Positions 28,935-34,848 of a stretch of DNA of 34,848 nucleotides are shown piece after piece (positions within the stretch are counted from its first letter, which is position 1; each line of letters begins with the position of its first letter). This DNA comes from Methanocorpusculum sp. (GTDB lineage: Archaea > Halobacteriota > Methanomicrobia > Methanomicrobiales > Methanocorpusculaceae). A program made the position numbers and the translations under genes. Below the pieces are notes generated by a model. It saw nothing but the letters and a program-made list of their open reading frames with translations, ran no database searches and was not told the DNA's origin. The DNA lies in assembly GCA_029987025.1 (NCBI GenBank), contig DALTWQ010000001.1:1-34848 (forward strand), written 5' to 3'.

Positions 28935-29153
28935 CATACAAACCTGATGTACAAAAAAGTGTCACAACTGTCACAACTGTCACAAACAGTTTAGATTCTC
29001 AAAATAAACAAAATTTGAGGAGATTTATTTTCACAAACTGTCACTAAACTGTCACTAAACTGTCACTAAACTGTCACTAAACTGTCACTAAACTGTCACT
29101 AAACTGTCACTAAACTGTCACTAAACTGTCACTAAAGTGTCACAGTTCTCACA
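28935..29153 (-). repeat. Inverted, diverged copy of the unit with an expanded 11-bp tandem array
   Basis: CAAAAAAGTGTCACAACTGTCACAACTGTCACAAA is the exact reverse complement of part of unit A. AAACTGTCACT occurs as 9 perfect copies (29035-29133) plus one variant (29134-29144). Confidence 0.92.
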
Positions 29154-29866
29154 GACGAACTCTGCGCGTACACTCATCTAAGAAACACAGAAATAATACC
29201 GGCAGATGACAAAAAGCATCTGCCATCAGCAGAAACCCGGGTAATATCTGAAATAAAAAAACAACTGCAGAAACTAAAAAACCGAAAAATGGTTGCTCCA
29301 AACGCGGGTTTATCACGCATAAAATATAATTAATACCCGATACAGAGACACCCTCATGACGAAAAAACAAATCAGATGAGATGCTGAAAACGTATGTTCA
29401 AAAGGTAATACTTCCATTCGAATAAATACTTCAGCGTCCAATATGATAGTAGAAGAGGGCTGGAATAAACGGAAAAGCAGTTCCGGCCCTCTAAATCCGG
29501 CACTCTTCTGTTTTTTCCGGCATCTCTTTATCCAACTCAAAACTCAGAGGTCGATCATGCCGGCAATCTGAAAAAAATCTGCGCGAATTTGACAATTTGC
29601 AGAAACCACACACCAAAACTGACGAATCAAACCACAAAATGGACTTGAATTATTTCGTATAAACATTTGTTTATCTCCTTTCAAATCCAATATAAATGTG
29701 GAGAAAAGGAACGGAAAAAAACAGGAACATCTCTTCCTCTTAAAAATCGGCACATCCTGGTTTTTCTTATTTGTTCCCGGCCTCTGTACTGAAAACTAAA
29801 GCCGCTTTGCATCTGGAACTTTATCATAGCTTCAGCTCTCCAGGGCGGTATCAGGAGTAACATAAA

Positions 29867-30061
29867 ATGAAAGATAAAAAAATCAAAAAAACTGATGAGT
29901 TTCTTCTTAGAAACTCCGTATCGCTTTACGAACAACCCATGACCGCAGAAGAGTATGCTGCAGCACGTGAACGTGCATCTCATGAGTTCCGCACACCGAC
30001 AGGAGAGTATATCAGGTATACTGCACCTAAACTCTGGGAGGTGTCGTATGGAAACAGTTAA
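29867..30061 (+). CDS. Small hypothetical protein (64 aa) coupled to the helicase-like gene
   Basis: AGGAG about 10 nt upstream of the ATG; the 3' end overlaps the next start and contains its GGAGGTG RBS. Confidence 0.55.
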   Translation: MKDKKIKKTDEFLLRNSVSLYEQPMTAEEYAAARERASHEFRTPTGEYIRYTAPKLWEVSYGNS

Positions 30062-31709
30062 TCCGGCCATTGTGTCCTCCGCTGTTCCTGAAAATCTCAG
30101 ACTTGAAGCATTTGCTGACCCGTCCTTTACGTCAGGAGGCGAAGAGCTCGAGGTCATCATCTCAGAGCATCCGATGCCTGAGCTTGTTATCGACGGAAAC
30201 ACCGAGAACTTCATCTTCCGCGTAAATGAATACCTCTGGCACTACAACAAAGAGTATCCGAGTGTATTCTTCAAAGACGGAAAACTTGTCGAGGTCATCG
30301 AAAATGAAGCAGGAGAGTTTCTCATCCGGAAAATAACTGTTCCCATGCTTCGAAGAATCCTCGGAAAATTCGGCCCCTGGAAGGATTTCAATTCCGGAAA
30401 ATCACAGCAGGTATCCATCGACGACTTAAAACTCATCCTTGATACTCAGCCCGGGCAGCTGGATAATGTACCGCCTCTCAAAGGTCTCTATGACGGCGCT
30501 TTGTTTGTGAAAGGAAAAATCCATGCATCACAGGGCTACGACCGTGAAACAGGCCTTTACTTTACGAGAGGGTTTGAGATTTCAGACGTTCCGGAAAATC
30601 CGACGGACGAGGATATCGCGTCCGCAAAGGAACACATTGCCCGCTGTCTCAAAGACTTCCGCTACGCAGAACCGGTCGACTTCGACAACACCGTCCTTGC
30701 TCTTGCAACGCTTGTCTTCCGCTGCGGACTTGAAGGACCTGTTCCTATCTGGATTGTCGATAAGAATACGTCCGGCGCCGGAGGCACCATGCTGACACAG
30801 GTTGTCGGAGCTCTTGCGGCCGGAAAAATTCCGACGCTCTATTCTGCCACACGGAATCAGAGCGAGATGGAAAAAACGGTCCGTACTGCGCTTAAAAACG
30901 GCGAAAGATACGTCATTGTCGACAACATTACCGCGGATACCGAATGGGTTTCAGAGACACTGCTTTCAGCAACATCCGGTACGGGTGAAGTTACCATCCG
31001 CAACATGAAGACGTATGAGTCATTTACGAGCAAATCAAAGATGTTTTTTGCGGTGAACGGGATTAATCTGTCAATCCGTGCTGATGTTACCCGCAGAATG
31101 TTTCGGACCCGGCTTTCCACGCGGCACGCGGCTGAGGAGGAGAAGTATCCGAAGACAAAAACAGAACTGATGCAGGAAGCAGCAGCCCTTCATCCGCTCA
31201 TTCTCTGGAGTTTTGCGGTTCTGTATCAGGCGTGGCGCATGAGCGGGTATGTCCCTGCGAAACGCTGCAGCGGTAATATGGATGAGTATCCTGAGTGGTA
31301 CACGCTGTGCGCCGGTGTATTGTCCTTTGCAGGCTACACGCATCTGCTCGAAAACGAGTATGAGCTGCAGACCTCGGAAGACGAGGCGAACGCGGAAAAG
31401 GCAGAGTTTATCAGAAGACTCTATGAGTGGAAAGGGTCTGAGCCGTTTACGCCGAAGGACGTTATCGAACGGATTCTCTCCGAAGCTGATGACAGCGGGT
31501 TTTCACTCGCAGACGGTCTGTTGAACTTCGCAGACGATTCGCTGATTTCTGCGGCAAAGAGGCGTATGGTAAAGACGGCAGCTGTGGGTTACTGGCTGAA
31601 AGGATATATCGGATGCAAGTTCGCAGGATGTCCGTGGTATCTGGATAAGTCGAGAGGAAGTCATGTAGTGTATGTTCTAAAAGAGGTTGTATCACAGAAG
31701 CATCTGTGA
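30048..31709 (+). CDS. Phage/plasmid primase-associated helicase-like P-loop protein with a degenerate Walker A
   Basis: GYDRETGLYF, PVPIWIVDKNTSGAGGTML (P-loop position), EMEK, VIVDN (Walker B-like), FAVNGINL, DVTRR (Arg-finger-like), YPEW, and a C-terminal wHTH-like VGYWLK. The start at 30048 follows GGAGGTG. Confidence 0.7.
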   Translation: METVNPAIVSSAVPENLRLEAFADPSFTSGGEELEVIISEHPMPELVIDGNTENFIFRVNEYLWHYNKEYPSVFFKDGKLVEVIENEAGEFLIRKITVPMLRRILGKFGPWKDFNSGKSQQVSIDDLKLILDTQPGQLDNVPPLKGLYDGALFVKGKIHASQGYDRETGLYFTRGFEISDVPENPTDEDIASAKEHIARCLKDFRYAEPVDFDNTVLALATLVFRCGLEGPVPIWIVDKNTSGAGGTMLTQVVGALAAGKIPTLYSATRNQSEMEKTVRTALKNGERYVIVDNITADTEWVSETLLSATSGTGEVTIRNMKTYESFTSKSKMFFAVNGINLSIRADVTRRMFRTRLSTRHAAEEEKYPKTKTELMQEAAALHPLILWSFAVLYQAWRMSGYVPAKRCSGNMDEYPEWYTLCAGVLSFAGYTHLLENEYELQTSEDEANAEKAEFIRRLYEWKGSEPFTPKDVIERILSEADDSGFSLADGLLNFADDSLISAAKRRMVKTAAVGYWLKGYIGCKFAGCPWYLDKSRGSHVVYVLKEVVSQKHL

Positions 31710-31770
31710 AGTATGTAAGGTTAATTAGCAGGCAGGAATGATTCTGCAGGTGTGTTGCAGAGTCAGTCAT

Positions 31771-31820
31771 TTTAGTTCTCTTTTCAATCGTTTGGTTTTC
31801 TTTTCAATTGTTTAGTTCTT
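31771..31820. repeat. Imperfect 20-bp T-rich tandem repeat (~2.5 copies)
   Basis: TTTAGTTCTCTTTTCAATCG / TTTGGTTTTCTTTTCAATTG / TTTAGTTCTT. Confidence 0.7.
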
Positions 31821-31865
31821 TTTTAAGCATCATTCTCTTTGAGATGGTATTTTCTATCAGGTATC

Positions 31866-32004
31866 GTGAGACTTTTGTGAGAGTTCTGTGACACTTCTGT
31901 GACAGTTTGTGGTTTTGAATCTCTTTGTTTTGGGGTTTGTTTTAGATTCTAAGCGATTTGTGACAGTTGTGACAGTTGTGACACTTTTTTGATTTTCATG
32001 TTTG
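31866..32004 (+). repeat. Iteron-like repeat unit C, a direct copy of unit A
   Basis: Ungapped match to 28703-28841 with about 8 mismatches in 139 bp by hand alignment. Confidence 0.93.
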
Positions 32005-32127
32005 TATGGAAGAGGTATCCAGGGTGAATAAAATATGTGAGCAGATTAGCAGGAACAATGATTTCGAAGAACAGAAATGATGTACCGGAAAAAACTCAGA
32101 TTAAAAAAAACAGAAGATGCCTGTACT

Positions 32128-32312
32128 GCAGAAAGCAGATGAGGCGGTTTGCGGCGTTTCTCATCTGCCTCTGCGGGGTTCGTTACTTGTATGTACTGAG
32201 TAAACAGCAGACGTGTTCACTGGTTTGCGGGTTTTTGGTGAAGCACGTCTGCGAGTGTGTTGTGTGATAAACGCAGGTGATATCCCCGGCGTTACCTGCG
32301 TGTTCGCCGGGG
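32128..32312. other. Cluster of GC-rich inverted repeats (structured 3' UTR, ncRNA or REP-like)
   Basis: Stems: GCAGATGAG/CTCATCTGC, GCAGACGTG-TTCAC/GTGAA-G-CACGTCTGC, ACGCAGGT/ACCTGCGT and CCCCGGCG/CGCCGGGG. Confidence 0.55.
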
Positions 32313-32340
32313 CGATGTTTTTCTTTTTCTACTGCCGGTT

Positions 32341-34806
32341 TTACCTTCTTCTAAGGCCGAAGAAGACTGCGGCGGCGCCTAATCCTGCAAGGATTCCGAT
32401 AAACGGTACCGGGGATGCAGATGTCTGTGTCGGCTGCGGCTTTACCGGAGATGCGACAGGTACGGCCTGTGTGGGTTCAGCGGTCGGGACTGCATTTGTC
32501 GGAACCGGAGTCGGGGTTGCAGTAAGCCAGACGGAAGCGCCGTCATTGCGGCTGCTGCTGTGTGATGAAGAAGACTGCGGCTGCGGCGTCGGTGACGGGA
32601 TTGCAGTCATACTGATTGGAACGAACGGTGAGAACGAGTCGACTCCGGTAACGGTGAAGGTATATACATCACCAGTCTGGGTATAACTCGGCTTCAGGTA
32701 TTCCCAAACACCGTTCTTCTTGTGAGCAAGATAGATGTTGGAAGGCGATGCACCGTTCAACTCGGCAGTCGTCAGATTGAACACTACAGTTGCATTGTCA
32801 GAACCAAGGTCGCCGGTAAGGGTGATGTTGAACACCGGTGTCAGTGCAGTTCTGGTGTAGGAACCATCAGAAGAAGGCCCTGCAGTGTTTGGCTCATAAG
32901 CGACAGCCACAGCGGTAACTGCTGTAGATGCATTCTGGATTGCGACACTCTTGACTGCGTTTCCATCATCATTGAACGTAGCAACCTTTGCCGAGCCGGT
33001 AGATTCAAGTGATGAATTTGTAGTTGAATACACGGTCCAGTTTGCATAAGCAGTTGTATCTGCAGTCAGCATTGATTCAAAGTTAAACACACCGGCACAT
33101 GCAGACTCGTTGTACCAGTTTTCAAAGGTATATCCTGTTTTAGTCGGGTCTGCCGGTCTTGTTGCATTAAATCCTTTGGTAATCTTCTGATTTGCGACAG
33201 CACTTCCTCCCTGAGAGTTGAAGGAAACGGTAACTGGAATCAGATATGAGGCATCTGCAAGAACTGGTGTTGTCTGCCATTTAAGGACCGGGAGCTTGTA
33301 GTTTTCATTTCCGTCATTCATCTTCCAGACGTTGTCAAAGTTCCACCCTAAGGTGTTCTGGAAGAATGACTGATTGTTCCAGAAAATACCTGATGATGCA
33401 TTGGTACCGTTCTTTAAAGATGGGCCAACATCAGTGGAAACGAGGTTTCCATTAACCAGCATTCCATCCCAGGCATAACAGTTAGAGATTGTTCCACCGA
33501 CAAAATCGCCCACTACTCTTCCATTAGGGGGGGCGGTGGTTGATGAAACAATTTCGTTCAGAGCAATACAATTATTGAGTTGTGTTCCTGACTCCAAAAC
33601 CCCAACAAGTCCACCAACCTTAGTTTTACCAGTAATATTTCCACTAGCCATAGAATTGTTGATGATAGATGTACCAGAAACAGAACCACTCAACCCACCA
33701 ACCCAATACTGGGTGGAAGTAACAGTACAATTCATAGCTGCACAACTTTCGATTCTGGATGATCCTAAGGAAGTGCCGGTTAGACCCCCAGCAGTGTAAC
33801 TAGTAGCTATAATTCTACAATCCTGTGCAATACAATTTATAATAGTTGCATATGATAAACTTCCCAAAAAACCACCAACCTGATTTTTACCATATACGGT
33901 ACAATTTATTGCTTTACAATCCACAGCTTCAGAGTTACGACATAATCCGCCTGAAAAACCTCCATTAGCGCTTCCAGTAGCATTAATCAGACAATCAAGC
34001 ACGGAGCAATTATATGCACTAAACACACATGGCGCATTCGTAAACCCGACAATGCCGCCACTGTTACCGCCAACAGTATCTATTCTCCAACCTATCACCG
34101 TCGAATGATTAACAGTAAGATTTGCTGTATTTGGATCTGCACCCTTATCTCTTCCAATATATCCAACAAGTCCTCCACCAACACTACCTACGTTCATATA
34201 CCCATCCGAAACAGAACAACCAATAATATTTACCGTCTTGTTTCCAGTAGTGGCATTAATTAGACCAACCAATGATCCAGCATAGTTTTTGGTGCTAATT
34301 ATGGAACAGTGGACCATCTGGACATAGTTCAAATCAAGATTGCCACCAGCTTCTCGAATTAACCCAAGAGTATGTTCATTTACAGTTGCATTTTCGAAAT
34401 CCTTTATGATTTTTCCATTACCATAGATTTTTCCCGTAAACGGATAGGTCATCATATAGTCTTCTGCAGTCGTAGAGAAATCCAGATTGGCATCAAGAAT
34501 CAGAACAGTACCATTGTACTTTTCTTCATCGATAGCAACTGCATTCCAGTCTGCTGCATCTTCGAGGAGATAGACATTCGGATTACTTCCTAAATTGTCA
34601 GCCGTTTTTGTTTCAACAGCTCCGGTTTCATCATTTACTACCAGGACATTATATCCTGTCAGCTCGGCATCTGTAAGCTGCTTCGGCGTTCCGCCGTCAG
34701 CACTTGCCGCGCCCACACAGAGCACTGCTGCAAGCATCAGAACCGCAGCAGCTAACACTGCGCCGCGGAAGATGCGTTTTTGTTTTGTGTTCGATTCCTT
34801 TGTCAT
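32341..34806 (-). CDS. Large secreted cell-surface glycoprotein or adhesin: GLUG-like repeats, InlB B-type repeat, Ser/Thr/Pro linker, PGF-CTERM-like archaeosortase signal
   Basis: Signal peptide (KRIFRGAVLAAAVLMLAAVLCVGAASA), repeated VGG(L/F)(V/S)G units, VSFNSQGGS...PADPTKTGYTFENWY, many NxS/T sequons, and the C-terminus SPVPFIGILAGLGAAAVFFGLRRR. ATG is at 34806; the track start at 34815 is TTG. Confidence 0.88.
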   Translation of the reverse strand: MTKESNTKQKRIFRGAVLAAAVLMLAAVLCVGAASADGGTPKQLTDAELTGYNVLVVNDETGAVETKTADNLGSNPNVYLLEDAADWNAVAIDEEKYNGTVLILDANLDFSTTAEDYMMTYPFTGKIYGNGKIIKDFENATVNEHTLGLIREAGGNLDLNYVQMVHCSIISTKNYAGSLVGLINATTGNKTVNIIGCSVSDGYMNVGSVGGGLVGYIGRDKGADPNTANLTVNHSTVIGWRIDTVGGNSGGIVGFTNAPCVFSAYNCSVLDCLINATGSANGGFSGGLCRNSEAVDCKAINCTVYGKNQVGGFLGSLSYATIINCIAQDCRIIATSYTAGGLTGTSLGSSRIESCAAMNCTVTSTQYWVGGLSGSVSGTSIINNSMASGNITGKTKVGGLVGVLESGTQLNNCIALNEIVSSTTAPPNGRVVGDFVGGTISNCYAWDGMLVNGNLVSTDVGPSLKNGTNASSGIFWNNQSFFQNTLGWNFDNVWKMNDGNENYKLPVLKWQTTPVLADASYLIPVTVSFNSQGGSAVANQKITKGFNATRPADPTKTGYTFENWYNESACAGVFNFESMLTADTTAYANWTVYSTTNSSLESTGSAKVATFNDDGNAVKSVAIQNASTAVTAVAVAYEPNTAGPSSDGSYTRTALTPVFNITLTGDLGSDNATVVFNLTTAELNGASPSNIYLAHKKNGVWEYLKPSYTQTGDVYTFTVTGVDSFSPFVPISMTAIPSPTPQPQSSSSHSSSRNDGASVWLTATPTPVPTNAVPTAEPTQAVPVASPVKPQPTQTSASPVPFIGILAGLGAAAVFFGLRRR

Positions 34807-34848
34807 GTTTTTCAAGACCTGTTTTTTCTTTCTTCCTGAAAGGTGCCG

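Larger units (their letters stand above)
28703..32004 (+). mobile_element. Putative integrated mini-replicon or remnant: iteron-like repeats, small ORF and helicase-like gene, bounded by 139-bp direct repeats
   Basis: Direct repeats at 28703-28841 and 31866-32004, an internal inverted copy at 28935-29153, and a gene for a primase-associated P-loop protein. No integrase or transposase was seen. Confidence 0.6.

Noticed and set aside
29035..29144. 11-bp array as a CRISPR array
   Set aside because: The units are contiguous, too short and have no unique spacers; no cas genes are present.
29149..29753. Short minus-strand ORFs inside the cassette as integrase or transposase remnants
   Set aside because: No recognisable recombinase or transposase motifs, and the composition looks non-coding.
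29955..30047. Upstream start for the helicase-like ORF
   Set aside because: It lies inside the 64-aa ORF; a strong GGAGGTG RBS supports ATG 30048.
32037..32686. Plus-strand ORFs 32037-32267 and 32213-32686
   Set aside because: Shadow frames over the hairpin cluster and antisense to the surface-protein gene; no protein features.
1..34848. tRNA or rRNA genes, including a tRNA integration site near the cassette
   Set aside because: No cloverleaf, T-loop consensus in a tRNA context or rRNA-like sequence was found by eye in the intergenic regions; a tRNAscan or Infernal run would be needed to be certain.

Overview
Archaeal chromosomal segment from a methanogen. Gene content and protein style point to Methanomicrobiales, probably a Methanocorpusculum-like and possibly gut-associated lineage (inference). 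It carries housekeeping genes (non-discriminating AspRS, core methionine synthase, PolD small subunit, Orc1/Cdc6, HPS-RraA fusion, deoxyhypusine synthase, methanogenesis marker 8), several bacterial-type transporters and enzymes, and a large sortase-type surface glycoprotein. The probable replication origin lies upstream of cdc6, with inverted ORB-like boxes flanking an AT-rich tract. The most unusual feature is a ~3.3 kb integrase-less cassette (28703-32004). It is bounded by 139-bp direct repeats built from helically phased GTGACA iteron-like motifs, and contains an inverted third copy with an expanded 11-bp tandem array, a 64-aa ORF and a primase-associated helicase-like P-loop protein lacking the Walker A lysine. 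Other oddities are an NRAMP-fold transporter fused to a LytS-type 5TM sensor domain between two orphan solute-binding proteins, a ~175-aa disordered N-terminal extension on Cdc6, a 23-bp tandem array before an AAA/DUF4143 gene, and two candidate structured RNAs. All calls come from motif recognition by eye; no database searches were run.
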